DNA of 64,000 bases from Eledone cirrhosa (GCA_964016885.1 OZ024742.1:257176001-257240000); one strand, 5' to 3'; shown: positions 39,545-54,228, numbered from the stretch's first letter. Numbers and translations are program-made. Notes: generated by a model from the sequence alone, not told the origin.

Positions 39545-42230
39545 AGTGTTATGCTTTGGGAGGGTCATGTTGCCAATAAGAAACACACGCACCATTTGCA
39601 TTCACTCAAATGTATTATTAATTAAATTTATAGATTTAAGAATTTATAAATTTCCGGTTGGGTGGTTCCATAACCGGACGGTTTTTCATATATTGTCAAA
39701 GTTCTTTCCTCACACATTATATGACCTCCTCAGTGACTGGGGATTATTTTCTTTGTTTTATGCCTCAACTTTGTTCTGTCCTACGCCATCTTGTTTTTGT
39801 GTGTGTTGTGTGTGTAGCTTGCGCATGTGTTACATCCGGGTGTCTGTGTGTTTTTATTTGTTTTCTGTGTGTGTTTTTATTTGTTTATGTATTTGTTTAT
39901 TTACATGTTACTGGCTGGTTGTCTGTTCTATGTGTGTGTTTTCATTTTGTCCTTAATTGTAAATTGTTATGTTACTATTCCATTCATGTTTTCTATTTAA
40001 TTGGGTTGGAGTTCATTTATGTTTATTGCCTCTGAGATTTGTCTAAACATTGCGTCTTTTCTGTGTGTATATTCTATTTTTATTTCTATGTTATCTGATT
40101 TGCCCCTATGTTCTATTTAAGCATGTTGGTGGAGTATTGATGATTCTTTTTTATCTTGAAGTTTTCGCCAGTGTTCATTTAACCGTTCTCCTATACTACG
40201 AGCTGTCTCACCTATGTACACTATATTCTTATCTTTACATTGTCCTTCAGTACATATTATGCTATATACTACATTTCTAGTTTTACAGTTAATATGGGGG
40301 CTTAGTTTACAGATTATGCATTTCTTATCTATACAGGGATGTCTTTGAAAAGGGTATGTATTGCTAATAACTGTTTTTATGTAGGTACCTGGTCGTTCTA
40401 CTATCTTAATATTAAGTTTATGTTTATATAGGCCCCTTCTAAATTTGTAAGCTAATTCACATCTAGGGGTTGTATTGATGAACATTACACTCTGGTATTT
40501 ATTGCTATCATACCATGAGTTTATTCTATTAACCTTATTCCTAGTTCTTTCTATTCTATTCCAGAATTTGCTCCTATACAAGGGGCAGGTCTCATTTGTA
40601 TCATTATTTACCATTTTTTCCCATTTGGTTCTGGCTCCTCTATATACTATGATTTTATCTCTCTGATTGTAACCAGTTAACTGCATTCGGTGGATGAAGT
40701 GTTGAATGTGTCTCTCTAGTTCTTTGGGGTCCCACATGCAGGACACGTTTCTCATCACCCGTATCAAATCCGCAATCAGTATGTTGATTTTGGTGTGATC
40801 CGAAACAGCTGAGATTCGGTGGATCAGATATTTGGAAGTCATGGGTTTGGCGTAATTGGAATGGAGGATTTGTTTTTTGTTATTAATGGTTTCTAATCAG
40901 AGCTCTGTGTCTAATATAGGTAATCGATGGTTGGGTGTTTGCTTGGGTAGTCTATAGTAACTCTAATACTCTGGTGGATGGAGTTAGCTATTTGCTGGAT
41001 GCTTTCCATGGTGTTTTTCTCTCATTCCTGACTGTTCTCTAGTGGTGGTGTTTTTACTACGATGTTTATATCATCAACGTAGCGGGAGTACATTATCAGG
41101 TTTAAGAGGTTGCTGTCTTCTAATTGTTCTTTAAATTTAAGTTTAAGTTTATTGTCCCAACATACTATGAATATGTTAACTATGTCACCTGCAATGCTAA
41201 CGCCAATAGCTGCTCCCTCCTCTTAGGCATATGTTTTTCCATTAAATTTGAACATAGGTTCCTTAAGGGTTAATTTTATACTGGCCCGCCACCGCATGTG
41301 CAATCATTTTCTTTGGTTCATCGTGGTTTTCGGGGTCCGTATGGCTCTGGTCCACCCGTTCCATCTTTCTGTGTGGGTTTTCTTGGCCATTGAGGTAATG
41401 GTAGGTGGTCTGCCTCTTGCTGGTCTTTTAGGGTGCAGGTTGCTAAGGTCATATGTATCTAGATAATCATTACTATAGGTAAGTTTAAGTCGGAGTCCCA
41501 GCTCACTGGTATCAATCCCACGGAATTCAACATCGCTCTCACTGATCATTACTACGCATTTCTCCACAGCAAAATCCACGTCAATGGATGGATATAGGAA
41601 CACAACATCCATACTACCTATTATACAGTTTGTTAGGTCTCTAGACCGGTTATTTCGCTGATTCTGCTGAGGAGGTCCTCCGTGCTGTCACGTATATCTG
41701 GGAACATTTAAATGATGGGGCGTATGATCAGAGAGAGGAAGTTGGAAAGTCTGTAGTTACTAGCGATGTTAGCTCTACAGACTGGCAGTTTTGGTGGTCC
41801 TGTGACAGGGTCACTGCTCGTTTTATGGTCTTTTCGAAGCCCATACAAAGATGGTACGTCATTGTTCCAGGCCTGGAAGTTGTTGGCAGTCCTTTTATTG
41901 GGCTGCATTATGTTTGTCCACATCATCATATGGGCATTGAGGGTTTTCTCCCTCTCCTCTTGCTCTTGTGGTGTTACCTCTCTTGTGTTAGTGATGTGGG
42001 GTTGCATTGCCTGGATGTAGTTTGACAGACTGTCAACCGACATTCTGCCAGACTTGTCTGTTGGAAAGCACGCAATCTCTCCATTACGCGAGGGCTGCAT
42101 GAGCTTACGCAAGCCATTTGCAGATTGTTTCTCCTAGTTGCTGGGCCTCCATTCTATTTTGCTTCTTGCTATACTGTTCTATAATATTTCTAAGTTCGGA
42201 TTTAGCTATACTAAATTTTGCTTCTGTTTG
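39545..42230 (-). mobile_element. Penelope-like element of a second lineage (decayed RT plus GIY-YIG)
   Basis: LYGLRKDHK, MDVVFLYPSID (motif A), EGAAIGVSIAG (B'), YSRYVDD (C, about 41070-41090), C..KKCIIC..C..RNVVYSIIC...YIGETARSIGERLNEH. Multiple frameshifts. Confidence 0.9.
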
Positions 42231-42321
42231 TTAATCGACCTGCGACGGCAACTGCGTGCGTTTGTTAAATGGTAAAGTCGTGGCGTGGACTCATCGTAGG
42301 TCGAAGGACATATCGGAAACG

Positions 42322-42386
<65 letters not shown>

Positions 42387-43609
42387 ATATATATAACAAT
42401 ACTAACATCCCCAACCCTCCCCCTATCACGCAAACACCCACCTGTACATATATACACGCACTTAAAATATCCACACATCAACTAACCCTCACCTACACAT
42501 CCACTCCTATCACCCAACAACTAATACCACTAATTCCTCCGGACCCCAGACACACGAAGACACACCTTCCCACACACCCACACCCGCACCTACATACACC
42601 ACCCACTCTACACACCCAACCACAACTAATCCCCACTAACACACCTGAATTCAACCCTTTCCCCACTAGCAGTATACTAACACCCACTAACACCCCTTTA
42701 CCACACACTCATCCAAACACGCACACCCACACCAGTACGCCACACTCCCTCCAACGTCCCCTACACCTTTTCTCTCTCTCCCTCTCCCCGCTCCACCCAC
42801 ACCCTTTCACACACACATCCCACTAACACCTCTACTAATACACACCCAATCCCCCCACATGACCCCTCCCCACTCCACATTTCACACCTACTCATTCTCT
42901 CCCCTGTCCACCCCACCTCCTCACACCCATACACATAGTCCTCACAACACACTGACTTTCTCCTCCTGTCATTCCCCTCTACTGCTCAGCCTTCATCCTG
43001 CCTTGACCCTCTAACCACTTCCTGTCGCGCGCGCACCCTACATCTCCCCACTTCCGACCACCACAAACAACGGATTACACAGCACCGGTCATTGTTCCAG
43101 CTATCCACTCCATAACATGAAAAATATCCACCAACTCTTCGCACACTCCACGAAACTGCCTTAGGAACTTACCCATGGACATACACTCACAATTTTTCAA
43201 AATATGTTTCCTTTTGGAATGGCGATTTATGCTTGAATGCCCTTGAATTCTAAATGATGGGCTGATTAATTGTTGGGCTGATTAAATGATGGGCTGATTA
43301 ATTGATGCTATATTTAACACCATAGAAACAATTGTAGAAATTAAAGATGTATTTGAATAACAACTTTGATTCTACTATTCCTGTGATTATATCTATTCTG
43401 GAGCCTATTCATATTAACTAAATTAGAACTCAAAGGTGAAAGATTGCCATTCAGGAATTATGTATGAGAGATTAAAATAGTTATTAGATGCCCTCTATGA
43501 ACCGTTTCTATTTGCGTTAAACTGTAAATACACACAAATACAGACACACAAATAAACGCAGTCATACGCGCACACACACACAGCCACATATACATACACA
43601 CACACACAT

Positions 43610-43640
<31 letters not shown>

Positions 43641-43692
43641 GAAAGGATGAATATAAAATGAAAGTGCTTTTATTAAAAAGGAATTTATTAGG

Positions 43693-43809
43693 TATTGACA
43701 TATGTTTCTGTAACAGACGGACTACCTATGTATCGCTGCTTGCGTAATCATATAATGTTAGCAAGTATTCGATAGCAAATGTATAATCAGCTGTCACTTC
43801 TTCAGAGAT
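43693..43809 (-). ncRNA. Hammerhead motif with ~90-nt stem II domain (weak stem I)
   Basis: Minus strand: CTGAAGA-A-GTGACAG...CTGTTAC-A-GAAA-CATATG-TC, followed by AATAAA and (TA)n. Confidence 0.65.
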
Positions 43810-43990
43810 TTTGGATAAATTGGATAAAATCAGAAAAATTGAAGTATTTATATTAGTAATAGAGGAAGAAAAAGAGGGGATAGTATATGACAGATGGTAA
43901 ATCAATTTACTGCTAAACAAGTATATAATGGGTTTCTAATGAGAATACCATGAGTAAATGGTTCATTTTATCTAAAGAGGGTAAGATAGA

Positions 43991-44032
<42 letters not shown>

Positions 44033-44121
44033 TCTATCTTACCCTCTTCCTGTCACCTATTTACACTATATGTTTGGGGTTCAGTATTTCTCTGTTGGTA
44101 TATATATTTATATATATATAT

Positions 44122-44320
44122 GATAAACGTGATCTGAGTTTTCGAATAATAATAATATTCGAATAACATTAATAATAATAACATTCGAATCATTTGCAAT
44201 TAAGCAAACAAGCCTCAATTTTATAGCCATTGCAAACGAATCGAATGTTATTAGTATTAATATACGAAACACTCAGATTACATTTATTCTATTCAGCTAT
44301 GTAGAGCGAAATTTTCTGTA
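44122..44320. mobile_element. Fold-back repeat remnant between (TA)n
   Basis: Inverted arms ATAAACGTGATCTGAGT..ACATTCGA..TTTGCAAT and ATTGCAAA..TCGAATGT..CTCAGATTACATTTAT. Homologous to 7310-7490. Confidence 0.6.
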
Positions 44321-44336
44321 GATATATATATATATA

Positions 44337-44514
44337 CGGAAAGGGTCCGGGCCACGATGGCTAGCTCCGGCCACTTCGAGAGCTAGATCCGAAACGGCTG
44401 GAGCTCAGCCGTCGGGGTCGTGACACTTTTCCTTTTACCCTCTCTACTACCCTGAGTATTGAGTACTCTGGGGCGTTATGGTCTACCCGCTGTCGTACAA
44501 CACCCTCTTTGTTG

Positions 44515-44515
<1 letters not shown>
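44337..44515 (+). mobile_element. Fold-back pLTR with hammerhead 3' half (family of 61022-62408)
   Basis: GAAA-CGGCTG-GAGCT-CAGCCG-TC-GGGGT. 44338-44380 is an inverted copy of 44389-44432. The tail matches the reverse complement of 61050-61120. Confidence 0.7.
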
Positions 44516-44570
<55 letters not shown>

Positions 44571-44621
44571 TGTCTGTATGGAGAGAGCGAGAGAGATGGA
44601 GAGAGAGAGAAAGAGAGAGAG

Positions 44622-44689
<68 letters not shown>

Positions 44690-44694
<5 letters not shown>

Positions 44695-47600
44695 CCGCCC
44701 GACGACAAACATGTTATACATTTACAGAAGAGCGGGGTAGCTGTTTGGAGTGAGATGTGTAGTGTTGTTCCTCTCTATATCTAGAAAGCATGACGGGAAA
44801 TCAAACAGACGTGTTTGTTAGAAAGCGCAGTACATAATCCGCCAACACGCCGTCCATTCCATTTTCGGAAAATAAGTCGAAAGTGAGCTAGTTGGAGTTC
44901 AGTTTAGTCGAAAACCGGAAAAGCATTAATTATTATCAATTTCATTTAGTGTTATTAGTGGTCAACGTACAAACAAAACAAGGAAACGTCTTCTTTATAT
45001 GTATATATAGATATATGAAATGTATTATAACTATAGAAATGATGGATTCATAAGAAAGACGTTTGCAAGCTGCTCGAGAAAAGACGCGCAGATATAAAAC
45101 ACATATCAGACAAGTACAGGTAGCAAAAATTATTTAAAGAGAAAAGCAAGAGTTCAACTTAGACTTGTAGAAATGAATGATGAAAAGAGGAATATCGTTT
45201 TAGAGTAAGCTCGACTAAGACAAGAAAAGAGGAGAAATAATATCTACTTAGCACAACGTCAAGAATATTTAAAGGAACAGGAGGGAATGGATAATACGCT
45301 TCCAGTTGAACGTGAAGAATATCAACATAAACATAGATTCACACAAGAACATAGATATAATAAGCATCAAGTTGAGCGTCAAGGATACTAAATAAGAGAT
45401 CATATCCACAAGAATGAACGAACATATTTTCTCGAGCAGCATATACGTAGAATTAAAAATATGAATGCAGAATAACTGCACAATTTCAGACAGAACAGAA
45501 TGCATAACGAGCGTCATATGAGACATTGCATAACAATTAATATTAATGTAGAAGAAATTCGTATGAAAATGTCTTGCGATGTTTGTCGTGCTTTGAAGTT
45601 AAGAAATAAATGTATACTTGTTTTAAAATGGAAACATTGTGCTGCCTCCATTGCCATTAAACCCTGATAAAATGAGAAATCTGTTTGAGCATAAAGGCCA
45701 ATAACTAGTTGCCCTATTCAGGAACATCTGCAATTAGAACTGTGCATTTCATTTCGCTTCATTTGGAGTTAAATTGCCTTACCGCTAGACAGAGGCCCGT
45801 ATTGCTTTCATATCAGGTCCAAACATCTTACTATACCACATTGTTGTACTCTGAAGAAAATAAAACACAATATGGTTATTTATATATTATTGACACGAAT
45901 GAAGCAGTGAAGCACAGATTGGAAGGAACGCCAAATATTGACTATTCAGTTTTCAGAAATGATGTACCATAACAATGACAGACACATAATTAACGTTACA
46001 GTGGGTCTTGTTTACTTAATTGACTTCAAAAGAAAGGGGACCTCCTCATTGCCATATGTTGTTCATCTTACGAAACGAGGATACTTTTCGATATAGACAA
46101 GGAATTGATAGAATCGTCTCAGCATAAATCCCTGCATCAGACGCCGATCCGGAATTACATAAGGAGGCTAAAACGTCCATGATACAATGGTTCTGCAAAT
46201 CCTACTTTCCTGTGCCTACAAAATGTAATTTGTCAAAACAATATCCAAAACGCTACACTGAGGAACATTATTGAACGTAACTGGATATCCAGAGTGCTTG
46301 CGGTGGAAGTCAGGAACTATATTACAAATTGGACGACATTAATATAAAACAACATGAATGTTGTGCCGTTTAATGTGATTTTGCTCAAGAGATATCGTGC
46401 GCATATTAATGCTGTAATTTCATCTTCTGGAAAAAGCACCATATAGTTCTTTAAATATGTTTATAAAGGGCATGTGTGTGCCTCTCTAGAAGTTACCAAT
46501 AATACCTTACAAACTGATTATCAGAACAAACACCACCATGATAAAATGAGGAACTGTCTTGTATGCAAGTATGTGTCAACGACAGAAACAGTGTGGCAAC
46601 TCTCTGAATTTAAGATTCATGGTACATCACATAGTGTAGAAGCTAGCTATACATCTTAAGAACCAGCAGATAGTTTACTTACAACGAGGCAATGCTCAGT
46701 AGAAACAGAAGGACACAGAGTTACGACTCTGTATGCCTAGTTCGAGCTTAATGCGAACAACTATTACATACACTGTGTTCAATGAAACCAACTGAAAATG
46801 GACACTAAGAATATGTACTCCCCAAAGTTGTTGAACAAAATTATTTAAGAATATTTATTATTACTTAACATGCTAGGCGCTAAGAGTTTTGAAAGCAACG
46901 AACAGTGGAGGGTGAAACATTTTTAACCTTTCAAGAGGCATGCTTTCGACTTTGGCTAATAGAAAATAATGACTACTTCAACCACGCTCTGCAGGAATCA
47001 GCTACTGCCATAGTTCTATATGAGGTTCGCTGCTATGGGTGATTATTCTCTGCCATCCAATGCACTGCAAGATGGAACACCCATAAGAATTCAATAATAA
47101 TGGACTATTTGTATCACAGTATAGATGGCCAGAAAACTGAAAATAGGGTACCTGGTTACATTTAACGGAATACAGTTTGGGAAAAGTATCTCCTGAAAGG
47201 ATTGGGCGAACCTCATCCCAATGAGATGCATCAACCTGAGTCCAATGCTGATAATATGCATCCTCATAGTGAATTTCTTGCTGACGTGAAACGTGTGATT
47301 GCTGATACTTTAATTGATGTAATTCAATAACGAGGTGAACGGTTTGCACCTATCTGCTTCTACGTAGATGCACTTGTGTGGTGTGGCACGATACAGCTGT
47401 TAAATCCATTCATTTGTAACATACAGATGATATATATCATGTGTGTTGCATTACTTGGATCGTCATAGCGTCAGCATTGCTGCTGGGAGGTAGAACTATT
47501 CATAATATATTTGCAAAAACTGTCCCACTAACAGAGACCAGTGCGTGTGATCTGTCTGTCTCATCTGACAATGCCATTTACTTTCAGAAGCTTATTATTC

Positions 47601-48260
47601 ATATTGATTCTATGCTTCATATTGGTAGAGTGGTCGCTAATGACGATTCAAAGTCTGATATTTATCCTACGGTATTTCTGAACTCACTCAATCCTTCCGA
47701 AATGTTGCCCCACAAACTCAGATTAAAAGCAGGGTCAATAATAATGCTTCTACGGAATATTTCAATCCAGAATGGATTATGCAATGTCACCAGATTATAA
47801 TTAGTGAAACAGAACCAACATTCAATCGAAGCCGCTACTATAAAATGTCCTATGATGGGCAGGCGTGTTTTGAACCTAAGATTGAAGTTAGCCCCAGAGG
47901 ACACAACATCCCTGTTACGTCGAAAACAGCCCAGTGTCCAGTAAGACTGTCGTATGTTATGACAAGAGCCAGTGCCAAACATGCGACATAATGGGTCTGA
48001 TCCCCCGTGAGGACAATTATCTGTCACTTTTTTAAGAATAGCAAGACAGTCAAATGCAAAAATTTCAGTATAGAGCACTGATAAGCAAAGAGGTGATGAG
48101 GAAATGAAACTACAAGATCAGCGTATGCAAAGATATATTAACAATTTGGGTCCAGTTAAAATGTTGCAAGTTGCAATGGAATTGAGACTGATCACATAGA
48201 TACAAAAATATTGCATTATAATGAATATGCAATTATATCGTGCAGGTTCAATAAAATGAC
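44690..48260 (+). mobile_element. Decayed Helitron (Rep plus PIF1-like helicase)
   Basis: R/E-rich N-terminus from about 45040. Rep motifs RGPPHCHML (about 46035) and FKYVYKG (about 46450). Helicase YPTVFLNSLNPSEMLPHKLRLKAGSIIMLLRNISIQNGLCN and QCPVRLSYVMT. Boundaries are approximate. Confidence 0.85.
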
Positions 48261-48273
48261 TTACTGACGAATG

Positions 48274-48336
<63 letters not shown>

Positions 48337-48344
48337 TTATTAAC

Positions 48345-48540
48345 ATAACATTAAAGTTTAAGCAAATAATCGCTGCATTCACGGGATCTTCGTTAAGGGT
48401 GAAAGCAGCGATTCTTTGCTTAAACTTTAATCTGTTATTTTAATAATTATTTGCTCTACGGTATATATATATATTTGATATATATTTATCCTTATCGAGC
48501 CCTCTTTGGATTTTAGTGTTCAAATTTATTATTATTACTA
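48345..48540 (+). mobile_element. Family A pLTR-only fold-back insertion
   Basis: TTAAAGTTTAAGCAAA..TCGCTGC is inverted against GCAGCGATTCTTTGCTTAAACTTTAA. The rest matches 25755-25900. Confidence 0.85.
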
Positions 48541-48564
48541 TATATATATATATATATATATATA

Positions 48565-49239
48565 TGCAAAAGTTTTATTTAAAATTGTTGGGTTTTGCTT
48601 ATAGACGTAAGAATTTTTAAACTAAGCATGGGGTCATGTTTTCACACATTATGGATATGTGTCTCATTCATGAATACTGATACTTACATTATAATACCTA
48701 ATTCATAAAAATTGATTATTCAAATGGATGGGACATAATATATTTTTAATATAATTTAAATATATCATCTTTCTTTCTTGTTCTCCTCTACACTGGACGT
48801 GATTTATGTGTCGGCTAGTTTAACTGTATCCCTTCCCTCCTTAACCTCTCACATATACGATGATCATCTGTCCAAAAGCTGCCTACTATATTTTTTCACT
48901 TCCTCAATGTAATTCTCTCTCCCATATCTCCTTCTCTCTCTATCTCGCTCTGTTGTTTTTCTTTACATACATCTCTTCATTTTCTTCTTTTTTTTATTTA
49001 CATACATCTCTTCATCTTCGTTTTTCTTTCTATATAACTGTCATAACAGTTTCACTACCAAATCAACATTTTATATGGAAGTTGCATTATTATAAGGTAT
49101 GTCAAAATTATTTATAAAACAGCTTATGTATTGTATTTTGTCTGAGGAAGGCATACCATATTTTTAATATGATATCCCAGAAATATATATAACGAAATAA
49201 ATATGGTTTTATAAATATAGTTTCCATTTGTTTAATATC

Positions 49240-49241
<2 letters not shown>
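48565..49241 (+). mobile_element. 3' UTR/pLTR-only copy of the 18993-21992 PLE family with hammerhead at 49134-49199
   Basis: Reverse complement of about 18993-19630. The first ~30 bp are the inverted tail seen at 21964-21992. CTGAGGA...GAAA-TATATA-TA is intact. Confidence 0.9.
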
Positions 49242-49329
<88 letters not shown>

Positions 49330-50443
49330 ATATATATAGATATATAAGCAAATGAATGAATGAAGGAGTTATAAGTTCTTAAAACAAGTTCTTTATAAAT
49401 ATGAAGTATTGTATAGAATGTTATTGTATGTAATTGTATTATTGCTTGTACAAGCAGCAATATGTTTTTCTATGCAATAAAAATGCAAACAATCATTTTT
49501 TTGTTTTCGTTAGTTAAATAGCTCCTCTTAATCTTTTCAGTAGCATGGAATTTCCAAGGATCATTCTAGTTTATAGTAATATTATTAAGAAAATTATTAA
49601 ATGCTATATACGTAGATCTTCTCAACGTTAATAATAACAGTATATAGACCTTTTCTCGTTTACTAAATGTATATCTCCAATGACCTTAAATCTAACGAAT
49701 GCCATTTCTAGTATTCGGCAATATGTTTCCTTGTGGCTGGATGAAAATAAATTTGACATACATGACTTTTACAACCTTGCAAGTCTCTAAAGCAATTGAA
49801 AGTGAAACTTACACTCGATATAATAATACATCGCTATAAGACTTTCAGGAGATTCGCTGAATCTCATAGATTGGATATTTTCATTCGAATTACACTATCT
49901 AGGGCAGATAAGCATTGACTAATAGATGCCGTTAGCAATAAAAAAAATAAACACTATAAAGCACACCATTATTATGCTGTAAATCAAATACTCAAAAATG
50001 TTGTCATGCTAGAATATTCACAAAAATACATATATGGGTAATCAAATAATAAAATTCTGTTGCAAAAGACACCTGACAGAATTAAGTAAATGATGGAGTA
50101 GATATTCCCAATAACGAGGTATAACAAAAGTATTGAAGACTCCAGAAATTAATTGTATTGTGAACTTCTAGAAGCGTTGATTATGGATTTCTATTACATA
50201 TTTCAGTAAATTAAATATTTCAATCTGAAATATGCGCATCTCATAGCAAAGGATAAAAATGAGAATAGACTCTATAATTAATAATTGCGAAAATCGGTTA
50301 AAATGCACCTGCATTCGGAAGAAAGTGGACAGAGGCATCCGAAAAAAATCAAGACCGACATTCACGGATGCCAGCAAAAGTCCTGTTCGTTTCAAAAGAT
50401 TTTTAATTGTAGATATAACATTAAACAAAGTAGTCACATCGTG

Positions 50444-50698
<255 letters not shown>

Positions 50699-50721
50699 CA
50701 TATATACATATATATATATAT

Positions 50722-50856
<135 letters not shown>

Positions 50857-50892
50857 TATACATATATATACATATATATACATATATATACA

Positions 50893-50992
<100 letters not shown>

Positions 50993-51028
50993 TATACATA
51001 TATATACATATATATACATATATATACA

Positions 51029-51371
<343 letters not shown>

Positions 51372-51620
51372 TTCTTCACATTTCATATATATATATAAAT
51401 AGAGAGAGAGAGAGAGAATCTGAAGAAACATATATATTTAAACATGAGCATAGATACATATATGAGTGTACCCCATCCTCAATGATGTGGCTCAAGGAAT
51501 GAATGAATTAAATAAATAATCATTAATCAGAGCTATATAAAATTATGAGTTTGAAGAACAAGCAGATAACATTTACTTCTTTCTTCTTAGTCCGGAGAAA
51601 TTAACTAAATAAATCACTCT

Positions 51621-51709
51621 AGCCCCGACTGTCGACTATTTCGATTGTGCTGTGAGGAAATGTGTAATCACTGCATTATCCCATGGTGCTTCAAGCTTAT
51701 TAAGGGACT
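51621..51709 (-). ncRNA. Degenerate U3-A8 hammerhead (G5A)
   Basis: Minus strand: AGTCCC-TTAATAA-GCTTG...CAATC-GAAA-TAGTCGACAG-TC-GGGGCT. Confidence 0.5.
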
Positions 51710-52549
51710 CCCTCAGTTAGGACCGATTTTTTTCCAAAAGTGACCACTCCTAGTAACACATTCGAAAGAAACAACATTCTCGGCCCTATCATTGAGGAAT
51801 AACAACTCCACAAATGCGATTTACCAATAACGGACTACTACAAATAAAGAATATTGTTTCAATCCATTTAACTTCGCATATTCACCTTATCCATCAATCC
51901 CTAACAACTTCTCTCCATGTATCTCAATCGATTTCCCTTTAATTCATTATATATTATTTCATTTCACTTTATTCATTATATTCCATATTTGTTTTCATAT
52001 CATCATTCCTAATTTCAAATGAGCCCCATTCCTAAAACACCAACACATAAACACTAATTCATCCCCGTCATTTATCTTCAAACTCAGCATCTCTACATTC
52101 GGCACCTTCTCCTCCATCTTCTACATTTACTATCACCATAATCATCACAATCATATTCAACATAAACAACACAGCCCCCTCCTTCTTCTTCTTCTTCTTC
52201 TTCTTCTTCTTCTTCTTCTTCTTCTTCTTCTTCTTCTTCTTCTTCTTCTTCTTCTTCTTCTTCTTCTTCTTCTTCTTCTTCTTCTTCTTCTTCTTCTTCT
52301 TCTTCTTCTTCTTCTTCTTCTTCTTCTTCTTCTTCCCGTCACCTGCATGCCTATCATTATCCCGCATAGCCGTAAGGGCCCTACCTGTCATCATTATAGT
52401 GGCCGACCTTTGAATCCCTGCTGACCACTTAACAGCTGCTTATTTTTCATTTTCCCAATTTTGATTTTTATAAGATTATTTAAAGAAAATGCTATGCCCA
52501 TCACAATTACAACGTTTTACAATTTCTTTCAATTTAGGAAGGGGCCACT

Positions 52550-52636
52550 CATATCTGAAAATGTGTCGGTTAAGACTCGGGATCCAATCATGTGATCACA
52601 CCCGACCTGATCGATATGGAAACAAATTCTAATATG
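52550..52636 (+). ncRNA. Degenerate hammerhead (G8A) with long stem II
   Basis: CATAT-CTGAAAA-TGTGTCGGTT..TCGGG/CCCGA..GATCGATATG-GAAA-CAAATTC-TA-ATATG, then AATAAA and (TA)n. Confidence 0.5.
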
Positions 52637-52672
52637 TAATAAAGCTTTTAAAAAGGTGCAATTGTCATTGAC

Positions 52673-52724
<52 letters not shown>

Positions 52725-52892
52725 AAAAAGAAATACACAGATACATGCGGACACATACATATACATGCATATACACACATATATCCCTGAATTTGTGTGG
52801 TGCCAAACTTAACCGTTGTTGCTCTATGATTAATAGGGACAAAATAATCTGAATGAATTAGATTGACTCAATATCAGAGCTATATAATTCAT

Positions 52893-53225
52893 TATAAAGA
52901 AAGAAGAATCATTAGACATAAATAAAAAATATATATATACCCAATATTCCACAACACCCTCGACTGCGCAGTTTCGTGGCTACTATGCAAAAACATTACA
53001 TCATAGAAATGCAGTACTTTTGTGAGGTTTGCCAACTTATCAAGAGAAACTTTTGAAAGTTTAATGAGGTATTCTCTTGATAAGTTGGCAAACCTCACAA
53101 AAATACTGCATCTCTATGATGTAATGTTTTTATATAGTAGCCACGAAACTGCGCAGTCGAGGATGTTGAGAATATTGGGTATACATATTTTTTATTTATG
53201 ACTTATGTTTCTTCTTTCTTTATAA
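52893..53225. mobile_element. Fold-back pLTR with two inverted U3-A8 hammerheads (53072-53163 +, 52957-53048 -)
   Basis: Arms of about 155 bp with a 23-bp spacer. TTCTC-TTGATAA-GTTGGC...GCCAC-GAAA-CTGCGCAG-TC-GAGGA. Confidence 0.8.
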
Positions 53226-53250
53226 TGTATGTATATATATATATATATAT

Positions 53251-53287
<37 letters not shown>

Positions 53288-53699
53288 TGCGCGTGTGAGT
53301 GTGTGTGTGTGTGTGCGTGTGTGCATGTGTGTGTGCGTGTGTGTATGTGTAACTTTTAAAATATATCTATCCAATATGCATATACAAATATATGCTTGAG
53401 ATACACCTTGGCGCATAGTGACATTTGCGACCGGGGAATTTTTTGTTGGTGAAACGAAGGTAGAGAAACAGTTAGTTGAACAGCTGAAGAACGGGTGAAG
53501 TTTATTGTTGGTGTATGAGATGCAGTTTTGGGATTCTGCAAACAAGACTACCAAAATGATTCTTTTAAATGTTAACCCTGTAATGCGCAGAGTAAAGACT
53601 TTCATTTTGTCAGTTCAAAGAAGGGTGCCGTATGAACAAGAGAATAACAATCGGCGACATTATCTGTGTTGTAAAGAATAACATCACAAATGTACGGTG

Positions 53700-53746
53700 G
53701 TAGTAGTAGTATTAGTAGTAGTAGTATTAGTAGTAGTAGTATTGGT

Positions 53747-53816
<70 letters not shown>

Positions 53817-53857
53817 ATAGTAGTACCAGTAGTACCAGTAGTAGTAGTAGTAGTACC

Positions 53858-53889
<32 letters not shown>

Positions 53890-53907
53890 TAGTAGTAGAA
53901 GTAGTAA

Positions 53908-53987
<80 letters not shown>
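53700..53987. repeat. (AGT)n/(ATT)n microsatellite
   Basis: Direct reading. Confidence 0.97.
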
Positions 53988-53988
<1 letters not shown>

Positions 53989-54065
53989 AATATTATAAGA
54001 TTATTAGTTATAAAATATACAGTAAAATACATTCTGGATTGTGTAATATATAATATAATATAGTG

Positions 54066-54111
<46 letters not shown>

Positions 54112-54142
54112 TATATATATATATAGTATATATATATATATA

Positions 54143-54228
<86 letters not shown>

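Noticed and set aside
39620-39740. Hammerhead at the 3' end of the second-lineage PLE, and similarly 62605-62725
   Set aside because: Only one core box is clear and stem I cannot be closed confidently. A relic is probable but not supportable.
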